From the NCBI RefSeq assembly GCF_009914755.1, contig NC_060930.1: DNA of 64,000 nt, one strand, 5' to 3'. The translations under genes were made by a program, and so were the position numbers. Origin of the DNA: the human T2T-CHM13v2.0 reference genome, Homo sapiens. Under the pieces are notes generated by a model, which did not search any database, had not been told where the DNA came from, and saw only the letters and a list, made by a program, of their open reading frames with translations. This document shows, piece after piece, positions 37,909 to 60,905 of the stretch (its first letter is position 1; each line of letters opens with the position of its first letter).

Positions 37909-37919
37909 TCATGAAACAT
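37909..37919 (-). CDS. AKIRIN2: AKIRIN2 exon 5 coding part (11 nt: Y-V-S-stop)
   Basis: ctttag|AT GTT TCA TGA; completes the SYVS C-terminus. Summed CDS 235+144+150+72+11=612 nt = 203 aa, assuming the 16 nt outside the window. Confidence 0.95.
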
Positions 37920-38142
37920 CTAAAGGGTGAGAAAAAGAAAATTAGTGCAAAATACAGGTCAAAATCCAAACGAATACTAGATCTTGATTCCCAATTTTGC
38001 CCCTAGGTATTTAAGTAACCAAAAGACTTGCAAAGTTATGCTGCCTATTTCCTCCATACATTCTCAGTAATTTTGTTGAATTCTCTTTTTGAGTATGAAA
38101 ATAATTATAATGTCTTCTCCTTAAAAGACAGTCTTATTTTCA

Positions 38143-38262
<120 letters not shown>

Positions 38263-38497
38263 TCAATTACATTTGTAAAATGCCTTATTAGAGCCAGATA
38301 AACTGAAAACACAAAATATACAGTAAAACAATTCTAAGTTGACAAAATCACTTACATAACCTCAGTAGTACTAATAGTGTATCAAATAAAAACAGCATGC
38401 AACTTATTAGTCAGGAAACCTAGGTTTTAGTCCAATCACATGACCTGACATAAAGGCTAGGTGAGATTTATTTATTTCCTAACAATTAAAAAGGCTG

Positions 38498-39434
<937 letters not shown>

Positions 39435-40137
39435 TTAAAAACAAAGGACTTTCAATAAAAAGACCTTTCTACTCTGAAAGTTATTGTATGTGGTCTATGA
39501 ATGGCAACTGACTGCAATGAGAATAGGATAACAAAAGCTAACAACAAAACACTACCTAAAACCTGATCAAGTATCACAGAAAAAGTTGTTATATATCTAA
39601 GCAAATTATCTTCTCTACATTAACACCTCTATATTAATTCCTTAAAATAAAAAAGCTTACATATCTATATAAACAGTAAATCTGTGGCTAAACATTCTAT
39701 TTATGTTACCATACATAATAAATTTTATTTACTTAAATTATCAAATTTTACTGAATTTTTTGATAACTAAAACAGGACTCCAGTTTGATACTCCAATGAC
39801 TTACACAGTGACAGCCAATTAGATATTTTAAATGTCTACATTGATGGTAACGTTATGAAAAATATAAAGTCAAAAAATCCACAACCAAATTGAGGTAAAC
39901 TACTAACATCAGTTTTTAGTACAGGGTACCTACTAATATTACTGCTGATCTACACGGCTAGCCAATACTCTTTTCCTGAGGTTACCAAGGCGGGCATGAG
40001 CTATAAGAAGGTTAATTTTCTTTCCTGAACTGAAATTTTCTCATTCTCAGAGAATATACCGCACCAGTGTATAGAAAGTGAAATTAAAGTACACGTGGAA
40101 AATGCATTTCACACAACTGAGTTCCTCAGAAACTCTA

Positions 40138-40338
<201 letters not shown>

Positions 40339-40565
40339 TTAGAGCCATGATATAAAGCAGTTTCTAAATGAAGAGGTTTTATTTGGATCTCTTCAATCTT
40401 GATATAAAAGCATTTTAAAATCAGATTTTAAGCACAGCATTTCACAAGTCTTAAAACAACCAAAATAATAATTCCATCAGCTGGTGACGCTGGAAAAACA
40501 CGGCAAGATGTAATTAAGATAAAAAAGACTAAAGGTGAGTAGAAAAAACTTTAAGACATAAGAAA

Positions 40566-43675
<3,110 letters not shown>

Positions 43676-43900
43676 TATTGTTAATTTTTTTTAATAAAGG
43701 CTACAAATCATAGTACTTACAGGATGTCCACTTTGGGGATATTATATGCAGGTGGTTGTCTCTGGTTAGTGGGAATCCAGTGGTAACTCCTTATTTTGTA
43801 CCATATTATTTTTTAAGATGTCATGCATTACTTGTATAAATGTTTTTTTAAAACTCAGAGGAGATACAGTAGCTTAAATGACTAAAGACAACTTGGATTA

Positions 43901-44167
<267 letters not shown>

Positions 44168-45924
44168 TTATTTAGTAGACCAATCTACCCAAAATACTCC
44201 TTTCAAATAATATCCAGAAAACTGACATTTTGGTAGGAACTCATTTCAGCATAAATGGGGACATTCACTTAGCACATACACACCAACTGGAATTCAGCTG
44301 TTCAACAATATTCTTGCTGAGCACTGACTAGCAAAAATAAAGTTTTTCAATCAAAATAATGGTCAAGGAGTCTGTGAACCAAAACACCTATTTTACTCAG
44401 ATTCTTAAGAGTTCCAAACTTAAAGCTCATTTATTCATCACATAGAACTATTACACTAACAGGCTTTTCCAACTGCCTTTACTGCCTTTATGCCTTTTCC
44501 AAGCCCATAAATAAGAAGGGGCTTGGGAGATTATGTATATTCAAGCACACAACAGTCTGAAGTGATAATAGGTCAACAAAATGACAAAGTAGATGGGAAC
44601 TTAAAAAGTCATCATACATTAAATGGCCATGGCCAATTATTTTAAGCTCAATAAAACCTAAGAATACTACAGCATTCTGAATCTTGGGGCTGGAGGGTAG
44701 GGTGAGGGGGAGACCATGTAAAGTGATTGGTACATGACAGGTCCTCAATAAATAAGAACCACTATACCACAGTGCAATTATCTTGAACCACAATCACACA
44801 AATGAGTAAAATTATATCTGGCACATCCTTTAGGCCACTATGATTCATTTCAGAAAGATTTCTAACTCAAAATAATTACCATCTGGCCCCTCCAGAAAAT
44901 CCCTGCCTAGGGGTTTCCACTCCCCTTCCAGACTTCCTCACTACACCTCCATACTCCATAGCTCCCAAGTTAACAGGTTATCAATGTGAAACTACATCCC
45001 TAGAAGTTTACTAACCAAAATCCAAAGCAAGATTAAACAAAAATGAAATTTTTAGGTGGCAATAAAAAGACTGATAGAGTGGAGTGTAGCCTTAACATTC
45101 AATTCTACAATGATGCATTAATTTAAGAACTGTTAGATATTGGTCAAGTGTGGTGGCTCAACACCTGTAACCCTGGCACTTTGGGAGGTCAAGGTGGGAG
45201 GATCACTAGAGGCCAAGAGTTCGAGACCAGCCTGGGCAACATAGAGGGACCGTGTCTTTATGACACACAAAAAAGAAAGCTAAAGATTTACATACAATAA
45301 TTCTTTTTAAAATTTAATACTGGTGGTTTTCGTAGATAACCACCATATCTACAAAATCCTGTCACTTATTTTCTCACTTTATTTCCCTAGGAGAAGAACT
45401 TTTAGAATTTTTGAGAGACTCTGGGAGGACAAATAAGTTCCTTAAACATTTTAGATACTGCCTGTTTCATTATTTAAACTGAAAAAAAAGTGGCAAGACA
45501 TATCCAGTTAAAGATACCATTTACATAAATTTTGTTGTATAAAAAGACCTGTTTATACATACACGAATGTGCAGTTTAAGTACAAAATCACTCATTCATG
45601 TGTACATAAACAGGTCTATAATGATTAATTTCAGGATGGTTATGTCGGGGTGCTTTAGCTGTATTTAACATTTTTCATTTGTTAACATTTGTTTAATACG
45701 GGTTATGCTCATTTTCAGTTCTTTTCCATTTATTTGAACTACTTTGTAATTTGAAAACAAAGTTACTCCAATCGAGTGACAGTCGTTAAATTATTAAATT
45801 ATCAGTGTTGGCATGAAACAGTTGTCTACTGAATGGTAAGCATACCTTGATATAAATGGGTTTCCTAATATTCACCAGAGGTACCCAATAAAACTAATGT
45901 AACATCCAGTATCAACCAGGATAA

Positions 45925-46307
<383 letters not shown>

Positions 46308-46699
46308 TAAGCTTCACTCACATTCATCACTTTCTGTCCAAAGCTACCATTATCCTGATCAAAAGTGCCATTCAAAACATCATAAAATTTATTTATAACC
46401 AGAGATGTTAAGAGGTACTAGTTTGGAGTAACTTGACCTTAATATTTATCTTTTGTGTGACTTATATACGTTCTTTTATCACCACATAGCTGTTCTCAGA
46501 TTTAGTCTTACTTCTGCTTCACAAGTCAACCAAAGCACAACTAAAATGTACCAAAAGAATGCTTGTATAATAACAACCTCAATTTGTTCATTTGATAATC
46601 TCAAATGAAAGCTAACCCAGAATTAAGAAACGGTAAAACTTTTAAAAATTTTATCTTTGTAAAACTCCATACCATCAGATACTTAGGGACATCACTAAC

Positions 46700-47390
46700 A
46701 ATTTTAAGGTATAATTTACAAATGACAAAATTCACCAATTTAAATGTACAATCCATTTGAGTTCTGACAAGTACATACATACAGTTTTGGAACTAACGCA
46801 ACTATGATAAATAACTTTTTATCACTCCAAAAACTTCTCTTGGGCTTCTCTGCAGTTAATTCACTACCAATATCACCACTCCCCCATACAGTCCACCAAC
46901 ACTCATCTGCTATTACTACATAGTTTTGCCTTCTCTAGAATTTCACATAAATAGAATCATAAAGAGTGTAGACTTTTATGTCTGAACTACTTTCACTCAG
47001 CAAAATGCTTTTGAGATTCATGTATGTTGCATGAATCAGAAATTCCTTTTTATTGGTGAGTATTCCATCATATGTATGTATATATACACACACAGCTAGC
47101 CTTTCTCCTGTTAATGGACATTTAGGCTGTTTCCAATTTGGGACTATTACGAATATTCAAGTACCAGTCTTTGGTGGACATGTTTTCATTTCTCTTGGAT
47201 AAATACCTAGGAGTGGGAATGGGCTGCCTAATCATATGGCAAATGAAGGGTTTATTTTGTTCTTACAAAATAAAATTGCTAAACCATTTTCCAGAGTGAT
47301 TTTGTCATTTTGCATTCCTACCATAAAAGTATTACAGCTCCAGCTGTTCCACATCCTTGCCAACACTTGATATTGTCAGCTAAAGAGCTG
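46700..47390 (-). mobile_element. Old L1M (L1MB/MC-like) 3' fragment
   Basis: ggtataatttaca...gttttcatttctcttggataaatacctaggagtgg...ccacatccttgccaacacttg. Confidence 0.8.
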
Positions 47391-48226
47391 AAGAATTTTT
47401 AATACTATTGCCTGCATTGCTTTTTACATCTAATATGATGCAACTATGTCATCTAAGCCACACTGTGCCCTCAAATGCTCTAATACTGGTAACATGTGAT
47501 CAACAATGTTATGCAGTGAAGGGTCCAATTTAACTTGGCCAAGATCTCAACTGCACAAGTAGCAAACAGCTAACTGCAATGGCCTCAAGCTCAATTTATT
47601 TCAGTTCAGGGATATAAACAGTCTTGAAGCTGATAACTCAAGAAATGTCCTCAGATTCAATATTCTACAACTACATTGCTAAGCTCGATCTAGATACTTG
47701 GCTAACCTGAGTTGCTTTCATACCAGGTAGATAAAGGCCTTCCATATATCAGTCAAGTACTTACCTACTTAGTCTTAAGCTACTTAGATCTGGCCATCTC
47801 TTATCATACCAGCAAGTTAATATTTTATCCAAGGTACATGTAATATCTGACATTGTCTTGCCAACACAATTTACAGTTCATTAAAGAAAAAAGAAGTCCA
47901 AGCTTCACTTGTATTATCAGTTGCATATTCCAGTTTTAATCATATGCCTTCCTATTTGGCTTATGAGGCATAGACTGAATTTGCAGCAACCATTTAGAGC
48001 AAAATATCTAGAGTTATCTTCAAGAAAAGCTAAAGCACACAAATGGCTATATATTCTTTTTCTAAATCCTAAAAACTACCTTACTCTTTTACCATAAAAT
48101 ACTGCTAAATGGAAGTCATTATTAGCAAGTTCTACAACTCACAGCATTTTCATTCTCAAACCTAGTACATGACACTAAAATTGCTAATAAAATTCTCCTT
48201 AGCAGGTAGGCAGTATCAACAGGTCA

Positions 48227-48610
<384 letters not shown>

Positions 48611-49069
48611 TTACTTAGGAAATGCTGGACACCATGAATAAGGTCAACAATATAAACAGGAGAATGTAGTTATGGGATAAAAAGCATAATGGAATTGATG
48701 GGGGCAAGATAAACAGCATCAAGATAAGACCAAGCAAAGGGAAGAACATGGAATTAGAAGCAACTAAAAATAAGTTTAAGGAGAACCACAAAGGAAGGGA
48801 GGTGGGGTGTCAAAATATCTTTCTAGGGTCCATAAATTTAAGTTCTAAAAATCTGACATGTGAAACTAGAAACTTCTGCTCCAGACCCACAAAGCTTTAC
48901 TATTTTCCTCCAGACATCATTACTAGATCAAACATTAAGGTTTCGCGAACAGTTTTAAGTTTAGGTGTATGGGGCCCCTCTGTACCATTTTATAGGTCAA
49001 TACCATTTATTTCTCCATGGAATATCTTTGGAAAACACAAAATGAAAGTGGACCTAGAAAGACAATTCA

Positions 49070-49417
<348 letters not shown>

Positions 49418-49575
49418 CTAGTCAGGAACACAAATGATATGGAAACCTGTACATAATTAAGTAAAGAAAACTTGCAATAGTCATTAAGACTTAAAACTAA
49501 GACACACTGTTCCAAAATAACAGAACAATGTACAGTTCTGAACTACATACTAGATACTGTCATGACTACTTTCTA

Positions 49576-49818
<243 letters not shown>

Positions 49819-50512
49819 TTATTAATTGGCTATTTTCCCAGGATCATCTCTGCAGAAACTAAAACAGTTATGTTCTCCTTGATGGAATCTTAAGGACAAT
49901 ATTCTTATCCAACCAAGAGCTATTGGACTATAAAGAATGAGCTGATACCATTTTAAATTCACTTTAAAATACTATTATTTCACTGGTACATATAGCCAAT
50001 GATTACTTATTTGAAAGAAACGACTCAATTTGTTATAACTCTGCAGGTAAATGTAAGTTTTACACCTCCAGCTTATATTACACTAAGGGGATACATTAAC
50101 CTTGTTGCTATTGTTATGTAGCTCTTAACTACTTTTAAGTATTTTCTCAAATAACTTACAAGCTATCAAAATAGAGTAATAACATAGAAAGCATGGCTGC
50201 ACGCAGTGGCTCATGCAAGGCCGAGGCAGGAGGATCACTTGAGGCCCGGAGTTGGAGACGAGCCTGAGCAACAAAGCGAAAACTCTATCTCCACCAAACA
50301 TAAAAAATAAAATTAGCCAGGTGCGGTGGCTTGCCCTTTAGTCCCCAGCTATTGGCAAAATGAGGCAGAAAGATAGTTTGATCCCAGGAGTGCCAGGCTA
50401 CAGTGAGCTACAATAGCGCCACTGCACTCCAGCCTAGGCAAGAGTGAAACCTTGAGTTTTTTTTCTTGTTTTTGTGGGGGGACAGAGTCTCGCTCTGTCG
50501 CCCAGGCTGTAG

Positions 50513-50740
<228 letters not shown>

Positions 50741-50879
50741 TGATCCATCGTGCCTGGCAAGACCGTGTCTTTAAAAAAATAAAAAAAAAAAATGCCAGGC
50801 ACGGTGGCTCACGCCTGTAATCCCAGCACTTTGGGAGGCCAAGGCAGGCGGCTGACCTGAGGTAGGGAGTTAAAGATCA

Positions 50880-51080
<201 letters not shown>

Positions 51081-51520
51081 TCAATAAAAAAAACACACAA
51101 TAAATGGAGAAGAAGGGGAAATTGAACTGCCCCAAATCCAAAACCCAACATGTGCATGCTACAGAAACATTTGGTTCCAAGGCAGAAGGTTCAGCTTCTA
51201 TTCCAATTAACCACAGCCACAGGGCCAATGTAATGTGTATTTACCTGCAGGGTTTTAACAAATTGAGTAATTTACTTCAAATAAGTAGCACTAGCTATAC
51301 AGTACCAGTGAAATGAAAGAATTTGACCTTGTAGTGATTCTAGTTGTTCCTCCTCCTGCAGGGAAGATAAATGAATGCCTTTTATACAGTTAAATATTAT
51401 ATAAGTATAAATGCAGAACCTAAGCCAGCTTGCAGAGACTGAGAAGGCAGACTCTTTGAGGACTCCAGTACACCACGATCAAGCTGAAGAACAAAACAAT
51501 CTCCTATAACAACTTGTTCA

Positions 51521-51865
<345 letters not shown>

Positions 51866-52740
51866 TCAGCCCCATGGACATGATTTTTTTAAAAACATGT
51901 TAATTTGTGGCCATTTAAAAACTGGGTGGTTTTACACATAAAGTCAGACTTCTGACTACTCTTGGGAAAACCAGATAACACAGCAAAACTCAGCTGAAGA
52001 TTCAAAGTGACTGTTACCTTTTGGGCCTAAGTTCTCAAGTGCTTCTACAATTTTAATGCACACACAGATTACCTCCAGATCTTGTTAAAATGTAGACTCT
52101 GAAGGGTGGAGCTTAAGATTCTACGTTCCTTATGAGGTGATGCTGCCGGTCAGGACTGGAATTCACTAGTTCCCTCCTAGTTTACTTTAAATCATTTACA
52201 CATCTGGAACTATGCGTATTTAAAGTTTCTAGCCCCTGCTTAAAATAACAACTCTCTTGGCCACGGGCGGTGGCTCACGCCTGTAATCCTAGCACTTTGG
52301 GAGGCCAAGGCAGTTGGTCACTTGAGGTCAGGAGTTGGAGGCCAGCCTGGCCAACATGGTGAAACCCTGTCTCTACTAAAACTACAAAAAAATTAGCTGA
52401 GCATGGTGGCAGGAGCCTGTAATCCCAGCTACTTGGGAGGCTGAGAATCGCTTGAGCTTGGGAGGCAGAGGTTTCAGTGAGCTGAGATGACGCCATTGAA
52501 CTCCAGCCTGGGCAACAACAGCGAAACTCCATCTCAAAAAAAAAAAAACCAAAAAAACAAAAAAAAACAACTCTTAATTGAACATTTTTTAAAAAGTGGT
52601 TTACTATTGGACATACTAAGGAGTGGAGAGGAAGGAAAGCAAGACATTAGCAGCAAGGTTATTACAAGTAGGAAAATACCTAAGCTAACTTAAAATCATT
52701 TTGCCACCCTCACCTGAATGGTTTTTGCAGTTGTCAGTTC

Positions 52741-52775
52741 ATTGCTTCTCAGCCTTTTGGCTAAGATCAAGTGTA
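52741..52775 (+). pseudogene. 3'-truncated U2 snRNA pseudogene (nt 1-35)
   Basis: ATTGCTTCTCAGCCTTTTGGCTAAGATCAAGTGTA vs U2 ATCGCTTCTCGGCCTTTTGGCTAAGATCAAGTGTA (33/35; both differences are CpG transitions). Confidence 0.9.
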
Positions 52776-53006
52776 ATTCTAAGTCAGACATACCCCTCCT
52801 GTAGGAGGAAAATATTCTGCAAATTAATTTAACTTGATTGGACCTACTTAGGAAAACTCATTACATGACATTAACCTATATACAATGATTATTTCATCTC
52901 TCCTTATACACTTTAAAAAAGGAAATTCATATTCGTCATTATGTGACTGATGATGAAGCAATTCATTTACTTTACCAACATGACCACTTATTAAAAAGAG
53001 GAATTA

Positions 53007-53297
<291 letters not shown>

Positions 53298-53552
53298 TCA
53301 ACAACAACAACAAAAAGACCACCTCTCACACCATAAGACACTCATTAGAAGTCTACATACATCTCTTATTTATCCCATGTATTTTGTAAATTAGTTGTGA
53401 ACATTTAAAAGTCAATCGATTTCACAAAAGTTCTGACTTCTAGTGGTGGAGCGAAGGCTACCAAGATCTGACGATAAAAAGTCCAAATTAGGCTGGGCGT
53501 GGTGGCTCACACCTATAATCCCGGCACTCTGGAGGCCAAGGTGGGCAGATCA

Positions 53553-54400
<848 letters not shown>

Positions 54401-54832
54401 TATATACAGTGCTTTAATAATTGTTTAATCCTCGATGATACTAGAACAGGACAGGCTCAAATGTCAGTAGTGCTGGTACTAAAAACAATGAAAAAACTGT
54501 GATTTGATGGCAACTCTTTTGTAGAAGGCAGGCTTAGTCACTGAAAGGCAAACTTGCTGGTGAGTAAAAGTCCCATTTGAGGTTGCCTTCTTGAGACCAT
54601 TTCCATCACTTGGCCAGTAAATGCTCTTAATTCTCACAACCCTAAGAGGCATATGCTACTATCATCATGTGCACATTTCCTGAGATGAGAAAAATGAGGC
54701 TCTGCTTCAGTGTCTTCTGCAATGTCACACGGCTTGAACATGGCAGAGCCAGGTTTGACCTCAGGGCCCAAGTTCTTAACATCTACTACCCTCTCCAGTA
54801 GTACATTACTACACTTAATCAAAATTCTATTA

Positions 54833-55033
<201 letters not shown>

Positions 55034-55372
55034 TCAGAAGGCTAAGGCAGGAGAATCGCTTGAACCCAGGAGGCAGATTGCAGTGAGCCGAGATCGTGCC
55101 ACTGCACTCCAGCCTGGGTGACAGAGTAAGACTCTTGTCTCAAAAATAAATAAATATCACAACGAGGAAAGTTAATTTTTAGAAAACAGGAGTTAGAATA
55201 GACATCAGTACTATGCATAATTTATACTTTCATACACTGAAACTTCAAAAAATGGGATTGTCAAGAAGGCAATAACTGGTCGGGCGCAGTGGCTCACGCC
55301 TGTAATCCCAGCACTTTGGGAGGCTGTGGTGGTCGGATCAACGAGGTCAGGAGATCAAGACCATCCTGGCTA

Positions 55373-55603
<231 letters not shown>

Positions 55604-55863
55604 CTAATGAGACCCCTGAAACAGCAATGACTAGCTATAAAAAAAAATTGTAACACCTCTTCATGTTACATCCAGAAATGTATATAAGGGATGCTTCAAG
55701 ACTCTAAAATGCCTCATCTTAGGACAGGTATTTATATCTAGCCAGAATGCTTTATTGGTGTTTTAAAAGTTAAGAAATGGCCGGGCGCGGTGGCTCACGC
55801 CTGTAATCCCAGCACTGTGGCAGGCCCAGACGGGCGGATCACGAGGTCAGGAGTTCAAGATCA

Positions 55864-56157
<294 letters not shown>

Positions 56158-58844
56158 TTACCCTGGGCTATGAAAGATTGTCACAGTGAACATCAAGTCC
56201 CCCTCTCTATCATAGCAACTAAAATCTTCTATACTTTAAATCAAGTATACCACTTAGAAAAGTTCTTCTAGATAATCATATTTTAGTAGGAGGAACAAGA
56301 CAATCTCCTATCATAATTAAAAGGCACAGTTCAGGGGGACAGTAATGTTTGAAAAATTGGCTTTCTTCAAACTTCACTGTACATTCTACTCTTCATTTAC
56401 TCATCAGTTCAACAAAAATAAACAAAAGAAAAATCCAAGTCCCTCTCTCAAACCATTCCAACTAGTTTGATTTTTTTGAGGGAGTTTTACAAGAATTAAC
56501 ATTAACAGAAATGAAAATGAATGCTAACCAAAGTGAGAATACACATCATATACTGACACAATTTCAGAAACTTAGTAAACAAGCCTTAACACTTTAAGGA
56601 AAAAAACTGTTTCAAAAGTGATTTAATCAGTAAACCAATTTCAATATTTAGGCTATCAAAGGGGAAATGAATACTAATGTGGAAAAATATTAATAAGAAA
56701 TGAAAATAGGTATACTGATAAAGCATAAAGTGCTAGCTAATAAAGTATCAACAGTGGCTGCTCTATCATCAGTCTCTCAAGAGAGACTCTTACTCTTCTT
56801 TGCCTAGCCAGTGCAGTATCTAGAACTCAAATGAGGTTCATAAGGGTTCGAACAAGTGACTTCTAGAAGAAGAATTTAAATGTTTTAATAATGTTAAGAA
56901 ATCCAGGTACATCAAAAGACCTAAAAAGTCAAATCCAGAAGTTGTATTTAATGGAAAGATTACAATGTTAATAAAATCACAATAGCCACTAGTACATCTC
57001 AAGATGATCTGCCTGTGACACTTGTGACAGATAAAAACTAAAGGGAAAAAAAGCTACACCCCAAGACAAACTAAAAGTATATTATTATGAGCTGCTTTCT
57101 TAGTGCTAGAAAGTTTACCACCCAACAAAGCCTACCATCACAAGAAATATTACAAAAATTGTTATACTGTAAAATCCTCATCACCAAAAATATTACAAAA
57201 TCTATTATACTGTAAAATTCTGATTAATAGGCCCAAAATAAATATCAAAGCTGAAAAACTAACATCCACTAGAATTTTAAATTACCTGCAGGGATTCCCT
57301 GCTTAATATAGATACAATATCATCTCATGTGAGAAACTTGCTATAACAAATAATTCAATTTCTTTGGAAATAAATCACAACTTCTTATTAAAAAGTATTT
57401 TCTTCTAAAAATCCTGTGAAACCCTTTAAAATGTTTCTTCCAATGAGCAAATACCTGATAATAGAAAAATTCTTATACATGGGGCTACTTAAAATATTGT
57501 AATTCATGTAATCCATGTTCTCATCATTATCCAGAAAAATGAAGAGAGAAATATACTTAAAGTTCCTCAGAAAAGTATTATTCAAAGTCTTAAACTAATT
57601 GCAGTATTTATTACGACTCGTTGGAGTCACATTTTTTGTCAAAAATGTTACACATTATGACAATGTCATAGAACAGTCTAAAAAGAAAATTTGGTACAGA
57701 ATTACAGGGTAAAACTGAAATTACATTTTTTTCCAACCATAGCAACTCTAAGAACCTTGGGAAATGTCAAGACTTAAGATGCCTGATAGTTTTGTATAGG
57801 CTTAAATAAATATTTTCTCTCATACCTTTTTAAAAGCAGGCGGTGCTCTCAAAGGCAAGAAATTCCCTGTAGTTTCACATATATAGAGAACGTTCTTTGA
57901 ATCAACAGTGCTAGGCATAGGGTTAACACAAGGACTACAGAGACTACAAATTGCTGGTTAACTAATTCAGTGATAGGTACTTGAAAATACCTACTCCCAC
58001 TCCTAATACCATTATCTAGTTTCATGAACCAACTATTCAAGAGGCCCAAACTTAACCCATGCTATTACTTCACATTCTTCTTTTATAAAGAGAAAAATCT
58101 CTTTTCAAATAGGAAAGATACTCACAACTGGGCACTTCCACTGAAGCTTTTATTCTCAATCTTTCAAAACGAAAGCTTTCTATCACTGTCTTTCTAGGTC
58201 TATCAAAACACTTAGCAGAAAAAACCTGCCGGGCACAGTGGCTCAAATCTGTAATCCCAGCACTTTGGGAGGCTGAAGCGGGCAGATTGCTTGAGCCCCA
58301 GGAGTTTGAAACCAGCCTGGGCAACATGGTGAAACCCCATCTCTACAAAAAAATACAAAAATTAGCTGGGCATGGTGGCACATGCCTGTATCTCCAGGTA
58401 CTTGAGAGGCTGAGGCAGGGGGATCATTTGAGCCCAGGAGGCAGATTGCAGTGAGCCGAGATTGTGCTGCTGCACTCCAGCCTGGGACAGAGCAAGACTG
58501 TCTCAGAAAACAAAAACAAAACAAAGACCCGATTAGTATGTACTACATTCTTTTTCCAATAAAGCCATTAAAAAACTGAAGAAATTTATATTATTCTCCT
58601 TTACATCTCAGGTTATGTCTCCGTGGCAACCATAGTGAATAGTACCTTCCACACCTAAAGAGGGGCTAACCTCTAATCTAGCCATGTTTAGCCTATGTGT
58701 TGCTGTGCTCAAGTTAGGCTTTATTTTCCTACCTTAATAAAAAAGCCGGGAGCTGGGCGCAGTGGCTCACGTCTGTAATCCCAGCACTTTGGGAGGCTGA
58801 GACGGGCAGATCATGAGGCCAGAAGATCGAGACCATCCTGGCTA

Positions 58845-59072
<228 letters not shown>

Positions 59073-59135
59073 TCACGCCTGTAATCCCAGCACTTTGGGA
59101 GGCTGAGGCAGGTGGATCATGAGGTGAGGAGTTCA

Positions 59136-59309
<174 letters not shown>

Positions 59310-59438
59310 CTAGGCGACAGAGTGAGACTCCGTCTCAAAACAAACGAACAAAAAAAAAGCCGGCAGCACAGGCTCACACCTATAATCCCAGCACTGTGTG
59401 AGGCCAAGGCAGTTGGACCACCTGAAGTCAGGAGTTCA

Positions 59439-59664
<226 letters not shown>

Positions 59665-60586
59665 TTAGTAATGAATACAACTGCAGTTTTTAATGGCCAT
59701 AAACTTACAGGATTCTTAAATGCATAAATCACAGAAATATGCAGTAACTGCAGCTACATACACAGTCCTAAATAGAATATCAGGTTTAAGACTCAAAGTA
59801 CAAAGACCATTAAAAACATTTATTTGCCAAATCCAGTGAGAAACTAGGAGCAACTTAACAGCTGTCTAAATAACCACAAAATATTAAAAAATACTTCTGG
59901 CTCAATGTAAATGACATCTGAAGAGAGATGCTGCCTCCTCCAACAGACGTCTCATTTGTTCGCCTAGAACCATTTATATTTCATTGAAGCCAGCTGGTGT
60001 CTCCGTTTGCAGGCATGCATCAATGTCTGGTGAACAATCTATGTTCCTGTAAACCCTTCCCCATTCACAAGCTGCAGTTTCCATTTTTAATGGCAAGTTT
60101 CCAGCAAGTACAATGAGTTCTTACAAAGGAACTTAACTCTTCACAGAATTCAATTCCTAAGGCAGATTAATGGTACCAAGCCATAAACAATGTGAATTAA
60201 TGTGCCTAACAAACTCACAAATACATTAACATTCACAGAAGGGTATCTTCAGACCATTCATTCACTACATAATGAAAACAATGTGCTGGATTTGATTGAC
60301 GGTCTCTTATAATGTTGCAATATTTTGGTTTTATTAAAATTCTTTCTTGGGAATGTCATGACAATCTTTTGGCTAAATGGTAGTATTATGAGATGTTTCA
60401 AAAACCAATAGTAAAGCATACTTTGGTTTTCAACTAACTTACCAGGGTAAGTATTGATGCAGCTACTAGAGGCATTCATTTCACCAACGATATTCAATGC
60501 TTCTGCTCCCCCTCCCCTTACTTCCACTGATCACTTTTCCTTTTCCATACCCAGGGGTATTATAAACCTCACTGCTGACACCCCAC

Positions 60587-60905
60587 ATGAGGGTAAGCAA
60601 ACTTTTTCTGTAAACACCAGAGAGCAAATATGGAGTTTTCGGGGCAATATACTGTGTGTGACAACTATTAAACTCTGCCATCGTCACCTGCAATGAACAA
60701 TACTTAAAAAAAAAAAAAAAAAGAATGAGCACAGCTGTGTTCCAATAAAATTTTATTTATGGACACTGAAATTTGAATTTCACATAATTCTCACGTGTCA
60801 CAAAATAATTCTTTTGATTCTTTTCCAACCATTTAAAAAATGTAAAGAACATTCTTAGCTCTCAGGCTACACAAAAATATGGCTATACTTTGTCAACCAT
60901 CCCTA
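60587..60905. mobile_element. MER58B-like (hAT-Charlie)
   Basis: gggtaagcaaactttttctgtaaa...gctgtgttccaataaaattttatttatggacactgaaatttgaatttca. Confidence 0.75.
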
